DNA from: Candidatus Staskawiczbacteria bacterium RIFCSPHIGHO2_01_FULL_39_25
GTDB taxonomy: Bacteria > Patescibacteriota > Minisyncoccia > Minisyncoccales > Staskawiczbacteraceae
Direction of reading: 5' to 3'
NCBI GenBank assembly: GCA_001820095.1
Contig: MHOO01000003.1
Span: 987 to 64,986 of the forward strand
Length of the DNA: 64,000 bases
The notes beneath the pieces are model-generated. The model saw only the letters and a program-made list of their open reading frames with translations, did no database searches and was not told where the DNA came from. Of the stretch, positions 9,889 to 18,334 are shown one piece after another. The translations under genes were made by a program, and so were the position numbers. The number at the start of each line of letters is the position of its first letter. Within the stretch, counting starts at the first letter, position 1.

Positions 9889-9966
9889 AGAATCTTGTAT
9901 TTGGAAGCTAGAATAAAAAACGATATAACATATTCAATCTTCAAGATACAAAATTCAAGATTCAAA
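9889..9966. repeat. MITE-like palindromic element, family B, copy 3 (short)
   Basis: agaatcttgtatttggaagctagaat...attcaatcttcaagatacaaaattcaagattc. Confidence 0.8.
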
Positions 9967-9969
9967 CAA

Positions 9970-10407
9970 ATGGCTTTATTTGATTTTTTAAAAAGAAAAA
10001 AGGAAGTAGAGAAAGCGAAAGAAAAAATAAAAAAAGAACCGGAAAAAGGGGCGGATAAGGCTTTGGTTGCAAAGCCAAAGAAAGTCGTGGAATCAGACGC
10101 AGAAAAACACGAGAACAAAAAAAATGTAAAGGGATTTTCCTATAGTATTGTAAAAGAACCTCATATTTCTGAAAAATCAACCTTATTAGCAGAAGGCAAT
10201 AAATATACTTTTAAAGTGGATGGCAATGCCAATAAGCCAGAAATAAAAAGATCAGTTGAAGGAATTTATGGGGTAAATGTCTTGGGGGTAAGTATCATAA
10301 AAATTCCAAAAAAGAAAAGAAGGCTAGGAAAAACCGAAGGGTTCAGAAAGGGGTACAGAAAGGCGGTAGTCACTATTAAGAAAGGGCAAAAGATAGAGGT
10401 ATTTTAA
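9970..10407 (+). CDS. rplW: 50S ribosomal protein L23 with a Lys/Glu-rich N-terminal extension
   Basis: IVKEPHISEKSTLL...YTFKVDGNANKPEIKRSVEGIYGV. ATG 9970 is chosen because the upstream ORF part lies in repeat B3. Confidence 0.9.
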   Translation: MALFDFLKRKKEVEKAKEKIKKEPEKGADKALVAKPKKVVESDAEKHENKKNVKGFSYSIVKEPHISEKSTLLAEGNKYTFKVDGNANKPEIKRSVEGIYGVNVLGVSIIKIPKKKRRLGKTEGFRKGYRKAVVTIKKGQKIEVF

Positions 10408-10425
10408 ATTAGTAATTAGTAATTC

Positions 10426-11274
10426 ATGAAGACGTATAAACCAACTACACCAAGCCGAAGAGGAATGACTGGAATTGACTTTTCTTTGCTTACCAAGAAA
10501 AAAGCAGAAAAGAGCCTTTTGAAATATGTCAGAAGAAGCGTTGGAAGGTCCAAAGCATCAGGAAGAATTACCGTACGACATAAAGGCGGAGGGGTAAAAA
10601 AACTCTATAGGATTATAGAATTCAGCCAGAGCATTATGGATGCGCCCGCGAAGGTGATTGCCTTAGAATATGACCCTAATAGGACCGCATTTATTGCACT
10701 AATAGAATATCCTTCAACAGTTTCGGGAAAAGTCCCAAAAAGACAATATATTATCGCCCCGCAGGATTTAAAAGTTGGCGATAGTATTATTTTTTCAGAT
10801 AAGGCGCTTCTTACGGCTGGAAACAGAATGAAGCTAAAAAATATATCGGTGGGGACTGCAGTGTATAACATTGAATTAGAGCCGGGCAGGGGAGGAATTT
10901 TAGTAAGATCAGCGGGGTCAGCAGCCCAAGTATTAGCGCAAGAGCACAGCTTTACCAACTTGAAAATGCCTTCGGGCGAAGTAAGAAGAGTAAAAGATGA
11001 ATGTTTTGCTTCTATAGGAATGGTTTCAAATCCAGAAAACAGATTTTATACGGTAGGAAAGGCAGGCAAATCAAGGCTAAAGGGAAGAAGGCCGCATGTG
11101 AGGGGAAGTGCCATGAATCCTGTTGACCATCCGCACGGAGGGGGCGAGGGCCGCCAGCCCATTGGATTAAAACATCCAAAAACTCCATGGGGTAAACCAG
11201 CATTAGGAGTGAAAACAAGATATCGAAAAAAGTGGACAAACAAATATATTATCAGCCGCAGGAAAAAGAAGTAA
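10426..11274 (+). CDS. rplB: 50S ribosomal protein L2
   Basis: RGSAMNPVDHPHGGGEGR. Confidence 0.97.
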   Translation: MKTYKPTTPSRRGMTGIDFSLLTKKKAEKSLLKYVRRSVGRSKASGRITVRHKGGGVKKLYRIIEFSQSIMDAPAKVIALEYDPNRTAFIALIEYPSTVSGKVPKRQYIIAPQDLKVGDSIIFSDKALLTAGNRMKLKNISVGTAVYNIELEPGRGGILVRSAGSAAQVLAQEHSFTNLKMPSGEVRRVKDECFASIGMVSNPENRFYTVGKAGKSRLKGRRPHVRGSAMNPVDHPHGGGEGRQPIGLKHPKTPWGKPALGVKTRYRKKWTNKYIISRRKKK

Positions 11275-11276
11275 CG

Positions 11277-11392
11277 TGAATATAGAATCTGGTATCTGGA
11301 AGCTAGAATGGAATAAAGAATAGTGAATGTGTATGAAATTCTAAATTCCAAATTCAATTCAAGCTTCAAGATACTAAATTCAAGATTCAAAA
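11277..11392. repeat. MITE-like palindromic element, family B, copy 4
   Basis: CGTGAATATAGAATCTGGTATCTGG...CAAGATACTAAATTCAAGATTCAAA. Confidence 0.85.
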
Positions 11393-11394
11393 CA

Positions 11395-11727
11395 ATGAGC
11401 AGGAGTTTAAAAAAAGGTCCGTTTGTGGATCAAAAATTAATAGAGAAGGTCTTAAAGGTAAGGAAAGAAGAAAAGGTTATTATTAAGACTTGGGCACGAT
11501 ATTCAACTATTTCTCCTGAAATGGTAGGGTTTACCTTTGGCGTGCATAATGGGAAGGAATTTGTTCCGGTATATGTAGGAGAGGATATGGTGGGGCACAA
11601 GTTAGGAGAATTTGCTCCTTCTACCAAGTTTTCAAGGCATGGAGGACGAATGCAGAAAGAGTTAGAGCAAAGATCTGAACAAGCCACCGCGGTAAAAACA
11701 GAAGCAGTAACAAAACCAGCAAAATAA
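11395..11727 (+). CDS. rpsS: 30S ribosomal protein S19 (with C-terminal extension)
   Basis: [12 protein letters not shown]...[13 protein letters not shown]. Confidence 0.95.
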   Translation: MSRSLKKGPFVDQKLIEKVLKVRKEEKVIIKTWARYSTISPEMVGFTFGVHNGKEFVPVYVGEDMVGHKLGEFAPSTKFSRHGGRMQKELEQRSEQATAVKTEAVTKPAK

Positions 11728-11808
11728 CAATTGACAATTGACAATTGACAATTGACAACGTTTTCTAAAATTCGTTGGTCAAATGTTAAATGTCAAAGGT
11801 CAAATGTA
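11728..11808. repeat. Heptamer-array hairpin, family A, (ACAATTG)n / (GTCAAAT)n, copy 1
   Basis: Begins at the nucleotide after the rpsS TAA. Four ACAATTG units, an acg...cgt loop, then a GTCAAAT-type right arm. Confidence 0.9.
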
Positions 11809-11811
11809 GTA

Positions 11812-12291
11812 ATGGAAGTAAAAGTTTCATTGAACAATTTAAGAACGGCGCCACGAAAGTCACGGGAAGTGGTTGATTTAATACGGAATAAAAATGTGGC
11901 ACAAGCTAGGAGCCTCCTTGAGTTTACGGTTAGAAGATCAGCAGAACCTATACTAAAGCTTTTAAATAGCGCGGCAGCTTCGGCAGTACATGATTTTAAA
12001 TTAGAAGAATCTAATTTATACATTTCTAAAGTAACCGTAGATGAGGGGCCGAAATTAAAAAGATGGCATCCTATGTCCCGAGGCAGAGCATATCCTATTA
12101 TCAAAAGAACGTCGCATATTACTCTGATATTGTCAGAGAAATCCGAAGACGGGAGTTTCGGCAGAGCCGAAAACTCTCGCGTCTCGCAAGCACGAAATCC
12201 GAAATCCGAAACCGCCCCAACATTAAAGATTGTTAAAAAAAGCAAGCCAAATCTAAAATCTAAAACCAAGAAAATTAAAAAAAATAAATAA
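11812..12291 (+). CDS. rplV: 50S ribosomal protein L22 with a C-terminal extension of about 50 aa that reads through a family C repeat arm
   Basis: MEVKVSLNNLRTAPRKSREVVDLIR...RTSHITLILSEK core, then SEDGSFGRAENSRVSQARNPKSE... encoded by repeat sequence. Confidence 0.92.
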   Translation: MEVKVSLNNLRTAPRKSREVVDLIRNKNVAQARSLLEFTVRRSAEPILKLLNSAAASAVHDFKLEESNLYISKVTVDEGPKLKRWHPMSRGRAYPIIKRTSHITLILSEKSEDGSFGRAENSRVSQARNPKSETAPTLKIVKKSKPNLKSKTKKIKKNK

Positions 12292-12352
12292 AATTCAAAA
12301 TATGTTTCGAATTTCGATATTCGGATTTCGAATTTCTTTTGCAAAGCAAAAG
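12137..12352. repeat. Heptamer-array hairpin element, family C, copy 2 (the left arm lies inside the rplV ORF)
   Basis: gcacgaaatccgaaatccgaaac (12189-12211) is complementary to gtttcgaatttcgatattcggatttcgaatttc. It ends in the mini-hairpin cttttgc-aaa-gcaaaag just before the rpsC ATG. Confidence 0.85.
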
Positions 12353-12354
12353 CT

Positions 12355-13029
12355 ATGACTCACAAGGTACATCCAAAAGCATTTAGAATAAAAGGAATGG
12401 AGGATTTCAATATCCGCGGTTTTTATGGCAATAAAATGCCTCAGTATTTAGAGGAAGACTTTTTAATTAAGGATTTTCTAAGGGATAAATTATCGGAAGC
12501 GTCGGTTGCAAATATAGAAATAGAGCATTCTGCAAGTAAATTGAATATTATTATTGAAACAGCAAGGCCAGGGCTGATTATAGGGCGAGGAGGAGAAGGA
12601 GTAGAAATATTAAAGAAAGCCATAGAGCAGAAATTAAAAAATTTGAGAAAAACAAGCATTGGGGCTGCGTTAAAGTCTCAGGTGGGGCAAGTAAAAATAG
12701 ATATTAAAGAAATTAAAAACCCGTGGATTTCTGCGATGCTGGTTGCCCAGATGGCTGCTCAGCAAATTGAAAAAAGGATTCCTTTCAGGCAAGTATTAAA
12801 AAGAAGCATAGAGCGGGTGATGCAGAATAAAGAAGTGAAAGGCATAAAAATGGAGGTCTCAGGAAGATTAAACGGCATTGAAATTGCACGAAAAGAATGG
12901 TTAAAGCAAGGCAGAATGCCCCTGCAAACCATACGGGCAGATATTGATTATGCCCAAACGGAAGCGTATTGCACCTATGGAGCCATTGGGGTAAAAGTAT
13001 GGCTATATAAAGGAGAAAAGTTTGAATAA
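12355..13029 (+). CDS. rpsC: 30S ribosomal protein S3
   Basis: KVHPKAFRI...RPGLIIGRGGEG...SGRLNGIEIAR. Confidence 0.96.
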   Translation: MTHKVHPKAFRIKGMEDFNIRGFYGNKMPQYLEEDFLIKDFLRDKLSEASVANIEIEHSASKLNIIIETARPGLIIGRGGEGVEILKKAIEQKLKNLRKTSIGAALKSQVGQVKIDIKEIKNPWISAMLVAQMAAQQIEKRIPFRQVLKRSIERVMQNKEVKGIKMEVSGRLNGIEIARKEWLKQGRMPLQTIRADIDYAQTEAYCTYGAIGVKVWLYKGEKFE

Positions 13030-13110
13030 CAATTGACAATTGACAATTGACAATTGACAACGGTGCATTTAGCTCGTTGGTCAAATGTTAAATGTTAAAA
13101 GTCAAATGTA
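13030..13110. repeat. Heptamer-array hairpin, family A, copy 2
   Basis: TAA|CAATTGACAATTGACAATTGACAATTGACAACG...GGTCAAATGTTAAATGTTAAAAGTCAAATG. Confidence 0.9.
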
Positions 13111-13124
13111 TAAGCATGAGCTTA

Positions 13125-13532
13125 ATGATGCCGAAAAAAGTAAAACACCGAAAGTGGCATAAGGGAAAGACTAAAGGCGTGGAAACAAGAGCAACGGAAT
13201 TGAATTTTGGTAGTTTTGGCTTAAAGGCAATGGGGACTAAATGGATAACCGCCCGCCAAATTGAATCAGCTCGGCGTTACATTATCAGATACATGAAAAA
13301 GGGAGGCAAGTTATGGGTAAGGATTTTCCCAGACAAGCCGGTAACTTCAAAAGGGGAAGAAGTGCCGTTGGGAGGAGGCAAAGGGGCGGTTCACCATTAT
13401 GTATACCCTATAAAACCAGGAAGAATGATTTTTGAAGTGGATGGATTAAAAGAGGAGGTGGCCAGGGAGGCCTTAGTGGGAGCCAGCATCAAGTTGCCAA
13501 TTAAGACAAAATTTGTTAAAAGAGAGAATTAA
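13125..13532 (+). CDS. rplP: 50S ribosomal protein L16
   Basis: MMPKKVKHRKWHKG...ITARQIESARR. The upstream ATGs lie in the repeat arm. Confidence 0.95.
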   Translation: MMPKKVKHRKWHKGKTKGVETRATELNFGSFGLKAMGTKWITARQIESARRYIIRYMKKGGKLWVRIFPDKPVTSKGEEVPLGGGKGAVHHYVYPIKPGRMIFEVDGLKEEVAREALVGASIKLPIKTKFVKREN

Positions 13533-13613
13533 CAAATTTTGTCCTTAAGACTAATTTGTTAAAAGAGAGAATTAACAAATTTTGTCCTTAAGACTAATTT
13601 GTTAAAAGAGAGC
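13511..13613. repeat. 43-bp tandem repeat, 2.4 copies; the first copy is the 3' end of rplP
   Basis: atttgttaaaagagagaattaacaaattttgtccttaagacta starts at 13511, 13554 and (partial) 13597. Each unit contains the 10-bp hairpin aatttgttaa/ttaacaaatt. Confidence 0.95.
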
Positions 13614-13721
13614 AGTAGGATAGTCTATAAAGCTTCTGCGTAGTTTAGCGTCAGTTTAGCGGAGACTCCGCAAAACCAACGCGAAACATAACGCAAAACA
13701 GACGCGAAAGAATTTACAAAA
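13614..13721. repeat. Imperfect hairpin of GCGT/ACGC-containing short units (rplP-rpmC spacer)
   Basis: tctgcgtagtttagcgtcagtttagcgga opposed to tccgcaaaaccaacgcgaaacataacgcaaaacagacgcga. Confidence 0.7.
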
Positions 13722-13913
13722 ATGAAAATTGACGAATTAAGGAAAAAAGATAAAAAAGAATTAGAAAAATCGGTACAAGACTTACAAAAAAAGTTAAGTG
13801 ATGTTAGGTTTAAATTTTCTTCAAATAAGTTAAAAAATGTAAAAGAAATTGCCCAAACAAAAAAAGAAATCGCAAGGATATTAACTATTATTAACGAGAA
13901 AAATTACCAATGA
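13722..13913 (+). CDS. rpmC: 50S ribosomal protein L29
   Basis: 63 aa; MKIDELRKKDKKELEKSVQDLQKKL..., at the operon position between L16 and S17. Confidence 0.9.
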   Translation: MKIDELRKKDKKELEKSVQDLQKKLSDVRFKFSSNKLKNVKEIAQTKKEIARILTIINEKNYQ

Positions 13914-14146
13914 GCAAGAAGAAATTAACAGGAATTGTGGTCTCTGATAAAATGCAAAAAACTGCTGTGGTTAAGGTAGAAAGAATTAAAGAACACCCTA
14001 AATATAAAAGAAGGTATAAAATCCATACCAAGTATAAGGCCCACGATGAAAATAAAGAATATAAAGTGGGAGATAAAGTGGTGATTGAGGAAACCGCGCC
14101 AATTAGTAAAGATAAAAAGTGGAAAGTAATTTCGAAAAACAATTGA
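13910..14146 (+). CDS. rpsQ: 30S ribosomal protein S17
   Basis: KKLTGIVVSDKMQKTAVVKVER...KYKAHDENKEYKVGDKVVIEE. The TGA stop lies inside the first unit of repeat A3. Confidence 0.93.
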   Translation: MSKKKLTGIVVSDKMQKTAVVKVERIKEHPKYKRRYKIHTKYKAHDENKEYKVGDKVVIEETAPISKDKKWKVISKNN

Positions 14147-14225
14147 CAATTGACAATTGACAATTGACAACGTTTTTAGCAAAAATTCGTTGGTTAAATG
14201 TCAAATGTCACATGTCAAATGTCAG
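14140..14225. repeat. Heptamer-array hairpin, family A, copy 3
   Basis: caattgacaattgacaattgacaattgacaacg...ggttaaatgtcaaatgtcacatgtcaaatgtca. Confidence 0.9.
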
Positions 14226-14228
14226 GTT

Positions 14229-14597
14229 ATGATACAGCCAAGGTCAATGTTAAAAGTTGCAGATAATAGCGGAGCAAAAATAATCCAGTGCATTAACGTG
14301 CCTGGCGGAACAAGGAAACGCTATGCCCAAATAGGAGATATTATTGTGGGGGCTGTGAAAAAAGCAGAGCCAAGAAAATTGGTAAAGAAGCATGAGGTGG
14401 TAAAAGCAGTTATTGTACGGCAAAGGAAAGAAATAAGAAGAATAGATGGTTCTTATATACGATTTGATGATAATGCCGTAGTAGTATTAGGAGAGGGAAA
14501 GTTGCCTAAGGGAGGAAGAGTATTTGGCCCCGTAGCAAAAGAGGTCAAAGATAAAGGTTTTGATAAAATAGCCATGATGGCAAGTGAGTTACTATAA
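14229..14597 (+). CDS. rplN: 50S ribosomal protein L14
   Basis: [17 protein letters not shown]...IRFDDNAVV. Confidence 0.96.
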   Translation: MIQPRSMLKVADNSGAKIIQCINVPGGTRKRYAQIGDIIVGAVKKAEPRKLVKKHEVVKAVIVRQRKEIRRIDGSYIRFDDNAVVVLGEGKLPKGGRVFGPVAKEVKDKGFDKIAMMASELL

Positions 14598-14599
14598 AT

Positions 14600-14917
14600 A
14601 TGAAGGTAAAAAAAGGTGACAATGTATTAATAATTTCAGGCAAGGATAAGGGCAGGACTGCAAAGATCTTAAGATCTCTTCCAAAAGAGAGGATGATTTT
14701 AGTTGAAGGAATAAATTTGAAGAGCAAGCACGTTAGGCCGAAAAAACAGGGAGAAAAAGGGCAGGTAGTTAAGGTTCCCGCCTCAATCGATGTGTCAGAT
14801 GTGAAATTTATCTGTCCGAAATGCGGAAAAGCCGCAAGGCTTGGATATAAGATAGAAAGTTCACAAGACAGTATGAAAAAATTTAGAATTTGCAAAAAGT
14901 GCAATTCAGAAGTGTAA
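14600..14917 (+). CDS. rplX: 50S ribosomal protein L24 with a C-terminal CxxC...CxxC zinc-ribbon segment
   Basis: MKVKKGDNVLIISGKDKG... then CPKCG...CKKC. Confidence 0.92.
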   Translation: MKVKKGDNVLIISGKDKGRTAKILRSLPKERMILVEGINLKSKHVRPKKQGEKGQVVKVPASIDVSDVKFICPKCGKAARLGYKIESSQDSMKKFRICKKCNSEV

Positions 14918-14921
14918 AAAT

Positions 14922-15482
14922 ATGCAGAAATTAAAAGAAAAATATAATAAAGAAGTAGTGCCTTTGATGATGGAGAAATTCGGTTATAAAAATCCGATGG
15001 CGGTTCCTAAAATCACCAAAGTCACCCTTAATACTTCTTTTGGCAAGGAGATTGTAAATAAAACTTCCGGCGAACGTGATAAAATGCATGCTTTAGTATT
15101 GCAGGATATGGGTTTGATTGCAGGACAAAAGCCCCGATTGGTAAAATCAAAGAAATCAATTGCTGGATTCAAACTTCGTGAAAGTTTGGAAATTGCTGCG
15201 ATGGTAACCTTAAGGAAAGGCAGGATGTGGGATTTTTTAGAAAGGTTAATTTACCTTTCTTTGCCAAAGTCGCGAGATTTTAAAGGGCTTGAACCAAGAG
15301 GGGTAGATAATGGCGGCAATCTTAACATTGGATTTCGCGAACACATAAACTTTCCCGAGATTTTTACTGAAAAAGAAAAAACAATTCTTGGGCTGGAAGT
15401 TACGGTTTCTACTAATGCTAAGAAAAGGGAAGAAGGGTTAGAATTATTCAGGTTAATGGGATTCCCAATTAAAGAAAAGTAA
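14922..15482 (+). CDS. rplE: 50S ribosomal protein L5
   Basis: LKEKYNKEVVP...NPMAVPKITKVTLN...GNLNIGFREHINFPE. Confidence 0.96.
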   Translation: MQKLKEKYNKEVVPLMMEKFGYKNPMAVPKITKVTLNTSFGKEIVNKTSGERDKMHALVLQDMGLIAGQKPRLVKSKKSIAGFKLRESLEIAAMVTLRKGRMWDFLERLIYLSLPKSRDFKGLEPRGVDNGGNLNIGFREHINFPEIFTEKEKTILGLEVTVSTNAKKREEGLELFRLMGFPIKEK

Positions 15483-15566
15483 CAATTGACAATTGACAAT
15501 TAACAATTGACAACGTTTCGTAAGATTCATTATGTCAAATGTTAAATGTCACATGTTAAATGTCAG
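15483..15566. repeat. Heptamer-array hairpin, family A, copy 4
   Basis: TAA|CAATTGACAATTGACAATTAACAATTGACAACG...TATGTCAAATGTTAAATGTCACATGTTAAATGTCA. Confidence 0.9.
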
Positions 15567-15571
15567 GTAAC

Positions 15572-15757
15572 GTGGCTAAAACATCACAAATAGCAAGTGC
15601 AAAAAAGAAACCAAAATATTCTTCCAGATTAGTAAGACGCTGTTTTAAGTGCGGAAGGAGAAGGGGATTTATGAGGGCCTTTGGATTGTGCAGAATATGT
15701 TTTCGGGAATTAGCTAACAAAGGGGAGATACCGGGAATTAAGAAATCAAGCTGGTAA
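15572..15757 (+). CDS. rpsN: 30S ribosomal protein S14, zinc-binding type Z (61 aa from GTG 15572; ATG 15560 lies in the repeat arm)
   Basis: (M)[60 protein letters not shown]. Confidence 0.93.
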   Translation: MAKTSQIASAKKKPKYSSRLVRRCFKCGRRRGFMRAFGLCRICFRELANKGEIPGIKKSSW

Positions 15758-15759
15758 AA

Positions 15760-15870
15760 ACGTGAATCTAGAATCTGGTATCTTGTAGCTGGAATACCTG
15801 TCTGCGCAGGCAGGAAATAAAGGAATAACGAATTCAAGCTTCAAGATTCAAAATTCAAGATTCTCACTAA
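15760..15870. repeat. MITE-like palindromic element, family B, copy 5, with a GC-rich apical palindrome
   Basis: ACGTGAATCTAGAATCTGGTATCTTG...; apex cctgtctgcgcaggcagg at 15797-15814. Confidence 0.85.
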
Positions 15871-15872
15871 AA

Positions 15873-16262
15873 ATGACTGATCCAATCACGGACATGTTAA
15901 ATCAAATAAGGAACGCAGAAGCTGTCCAAAAGACAGAGGTTTTGCTGCCTTTCTCAAAATTAAAGAATGAGATTGCTAATATACTATCCCAGAATGGATT
16001 TATTGGAGAAGCAAAAAAAATTGCAAAAGGAAAGAATAAAACGCTGAAAATACATTTAAAGTATGAAAATGGGGTGCCGGCAATAGAGGGAGCCAAAAGA
16101 GTTTCAAAGCCCGGCCAACGGATTTACGTAAAATCAACTGATATTAAGAAAGTAAGGGGAGGGTTTGGTGTTGCAATTATTTCAACCCCAAAGGGATTAA
16201 TGACCAATAGCCAGGCAAGAAAGGCAAAACTAGGAGGAGAAGTTCTTTTAGAAGTTTGGTAG
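15873..16262 (+). CDS. rpsH: 30S ribosomal protein S8
   Basis: MTDPITDMLNQIRNA...GVAIISTPKGLMT. Confidence 0.96.
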   Translation: MTDPITDMLNQIRNAEAVQKTEVLLPFSKLKNEIANILSQNGFIGEAKKIAKGKNKTLKIHLKYENGVPAIEGAKRVSKPGQRIYVKSTDIKKVRGGFGVAIISTPKGLMTNSQARKAKLGGEVLLEVW

Positions 16263-16275
16263 GGCGCTTATAGGG

Positions 16276-16415
16276 CTTTTGCAGCGATTTTAAAAGTACC
16301 GATAGTCGTCCCGACCAGCGTCGGGACGCTATCTAAATTCTCGGCAGTTTATTCCGCTGAAGCGGAAACCATGCTAAACTGCCTGCGAAATTTACTTTTA
16401 AAATCGTTGCAAAAG
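16276..16415 (+). ncRNA. 140-nt multi-helix structured element, family G, copy 2 (rpsH-rplF spacer)
   Basis: Same helices and junctions as 9046-9185, but the hairpins are replaced with compensation: cgtcccgac-cagc-gtcgggacg and ttccgc-tgaa-gcggaa. Confidence 0.65.
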
Positions 16416-16500
16416 AAAAGATATTTCAGTTGTTAAGAATTTTGTAAAAAAAGAGCGCCGATGGATTTTCGACGGTAGCTAGGAAGAGTAGGTTTGAGAG

Positions 16501-16529
16501 TTGACGAAGCACTAAAAATAATATATAAT
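16501..16529 (+). promoter_or_regulatory. Candidate internal sigma70-type promoter upstream of rplF
   Basis: TTGACG (16501-16506), 17-nt spacer, TATAAT (16524-16529). Confidence 0.5.
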
Positions 16530-16585
16530 AATCAATCTATAAAGTCAATTTTTAAATCATAATTCATAAATCGTAAATCACGCAA

Positions 16586-17137
16586 ATGAGCCGAATCGGT
16601 AAAAAATTAATTGAAATTCCTTCTGCTGTAAAAGTGGAATTTGACGGCCAGAATGTGAAAGTTTCAGGGCCAAAAGGGGAATTAAAAACCATAATCCATC
16701 GCGATATTAAAGCGGAAGCGAAAGATGGCAAGATTTTTGTATCCCCTAAAAGCAAGGATGCATCTAATAAGGTGAGAGGATTATGGGGCCTGTACCGGGC
16801 ATTAATTTTTAATATGATACAAGGGGTGGAAAAAGGCTTTGAAAAGAAACTGGAAATTGAGGGTGTTGGTTATAAAGCGGCAGTGCAGGGAGATGAATTG
16901 GTGTTGAACCTTGGATTTGTGAATCCGGTTAAAATTAAAAAGCCCGAAGGAATTACCTTTGCTGTTGAAAAAAATCTTATTACTATTTCAGGAATTAATA
17001 AAGAAGCTGTTGGACAAATTGCCGCAGAAATACGGGCAACTAAAAAAGCAGAGCCATATAAAGGCAAAGGCATTAAATACCAGGGAGAAAGGATTAGGAG
17101 AAAAGAAGGAAAGAAGGTAGTCGCCGCCAAGAAATAG
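16586..17137 (+). CDS. rplF: 50S ribosomal protein L6
   Basis: MSRIGKKLIEIPSAVKVEFDGQNVKVSGPKGEL. Confidence 0.96.
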   Translation: MSRIGKKLIEIPSAVKVEFDGQNVKVSGPKGELKTIIHRDIKAEAKDGKIFVSPKSKDASNKVRGLWGLYRALIFNMIQGVEKGFEKKLEIEGVGYKAAVQGDELVLNLGFVNPVKIKKPEGITFAVEKNLITISGINKEAVGQIAAEIRATKKAEPYKGKGIKYQGERIRRKEGKKVVAAKK

Positions 17138-17248
17138 GAATCTAGATTCTTGTATCTTGAAGCTAGAATACAAAAAAACAAGAGTAGGATTTAGAAATTC
17201 AATATTCAAAATTCTATTCAAGATACCAGATACAAGACTCAAGATTCA
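17138..17248. repeat. MITE-like palindromic element, family B, copy 6
   Basis: ggaatctagattcttgtatcttgaagctagaat...attcaagataccagatacaagactcaagattc. Confidence 0.85.
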
Positions 17249-17256
17249 TTTTGACT

Positions 17257-17598
17257 ATGTTAAAGAAACAACTAAAAAGACAAAGAATACATACCAGGAT
17301 ACGGGCAAAAATTTCAGGTACCAAAGAGCGTCCAAGGCTTTCTGTCTTTAAGTCGGGTAAGCACATGTATGCCCAATTAATAGATGATGAACATGGCAAG
17401 GTATTGGCGGCAGTTTCAGATATAAAGATTAAGAAAGGTACTAAAGTTGGCCATGCTATTGAAGTGGGAAAATTAATTGCAAAAGAAGGGTTAGCCAAAA
17501 AGATTGAAAAAGTAGTATTTGATAGAGGAGGGTTTGTGTTCCATGGAAGGGTAAAAGCAGTTGCTGAAGGTGCCCGCGAAGGCGGTTTGAAATTTTAA
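17257..17598 (+). CDS. rplR: 50S ribosomal protein L18
   Basis: [31 protein letters not shown]...[14 protein letters not shown]. Confidence 0.94.
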   Translation: MLKKQLKRQRIHTRIRAKISGTKERPRLSVFKSGKHMYAQLIDDEHGKVLAAVSDIKIKKGTKVGHAIEVGKLIAKEGLAKKIEKVVFDRGGFVFHGRVKAVAEGAREGGLKF

Positions 17599-17615
17599 TA
17601 AACTTAAAATTTCAA

Positions 17616-17703
17616 AACGAATTTCCACAAAAAAACGAATTTTCACGAATAAACGAATTCGTGATTCGTGTGGATTCGTTAGTAAATTCGTGGTAATTCG
17701 TTA
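17616..17703. repeat. Imperfect hairpin of CGAAT/ATTCG units (rplR-rpsE spacer)
   Basis: aaacgaatttccac...aaacgaatt | cgtgattcgtgtggattcgtt...aattcgtt. Confidence 0.75.
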
Positions 17704-17709
17704 AAACAA

Positions 17710-18252
17710 ATGGCAGAAGATACAACAATAAAAAAACCACAGGAATTAGAAAAAGCTTCTCAAAAAGATGATGGCTTTAGGCCGGTCAGAAAGTTTGGTT
17801 CGCGTCCAGGTGCCCCAAAAGATGATTTTGAAACTAAGCTTTTGGATTTAGCAAGGGTTACCAGAGTTACCGGTGGCGGAAAAAGGATGAGTTTTAGGGC
17901 GGTTGTCGTAGCAGGAGATAAAAAAAGCAAAATTGGCATTGGCATAGATAAGGGGAAAGACGTATCCCAGGCAATAGAAAAAGCAACGAGCAGGGCTAAG
18001 AAAAATTTGATTACGGTGGTTATCGTAAATGGAACGATTCCCCACCAAGTGCAGGCAAAAGTAGGACCTGCGGTAATACTATTAAAACCCCAGAGAAAAG
18101 GCAGGGGCCTGGTGGCCGGGGGAGCTGTAAGGGTTATTTGTGACCTAGCAGGCATAAAAAACGTTTCTTCAAAAATTCTTTCTGGATCAAAAAATAAGCT
18201 TAACAATGCGCGGGCAACCATGGAAGCATTGCGCAAGCTAAAAGCTCGCTAA
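17710..18252 (+). CDS. rpsE: 30S ribosomal protein S5
   Basis: RVTRVTGGGKRMSFRAVVVAGD...GRGLVAGGAVR. Confidence 0.95.
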   Translation: MAEDTTIKKPQELEKASQKDDGFRPVRKFGSRPGAPKDDFETKLLDLARVTRVTGGGKRMSFRAVVVAGDKKSKIGIGIDKGKDVSQAIEKATSRAKKNLITVVIVNGTIPHQVQAKVGPAVILLKPQRKGRGLVAGGAVRVICDLAGIKNVSSKILSGSKNKLNNARATMEALRKLKAR

Positions 18253-18330
18253 CAATTGACCATTAACATGTGACCATTGACTGACGACGTCGCGATTGGT
18301 CAATTGTTAATTGTCAAATGTCAATTGTCA
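18253..18330. repeat. Heptamer-array hairpin, family A variant (CCATTGA units), copy 5; it fills the position where rpmD (L30) normally sits
   Basis: TAA|CAATTGACCATTAACATGTGACCATTGAC...GGTCAATTGTTAATTGTCAAATGTCAATTGTCA. Confidence 0.85.
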
Positions 18331-18334
18331 TATT

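Noticed and set aside
11793-12344. 183-aa minus-strand ORF antisense to rplV. The same class covers 48965-49444 (antisense to prfB), 51001-51642 (ftsX), 40097-40654 (mreB), 29457-29975 (rpoA/rplQ), 17760-18236 (rpsE), 18346-18783 (rplO) and the other antisense ORFs in the track.
   Set aside because: Each lies opposite a confidently identified conserved gene, has no recognisable motif, and is typical of shadow ORFs in AT-rich DNA.
14157-14228. N-terminal ORF extensions beginning in repeat arms. Examples are [24 protein letters not shown] before L14, with similar cases before L3, L22, L16, L15, S13, S19, L23, EF-G, adk, tpiA, frr and cfa.
   Set aside because: The extensions are translations of heptamer arrays or palindromes. 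Canonical N-termini with ATG or GTG start immediately downstream, so starts were moved accordingly.
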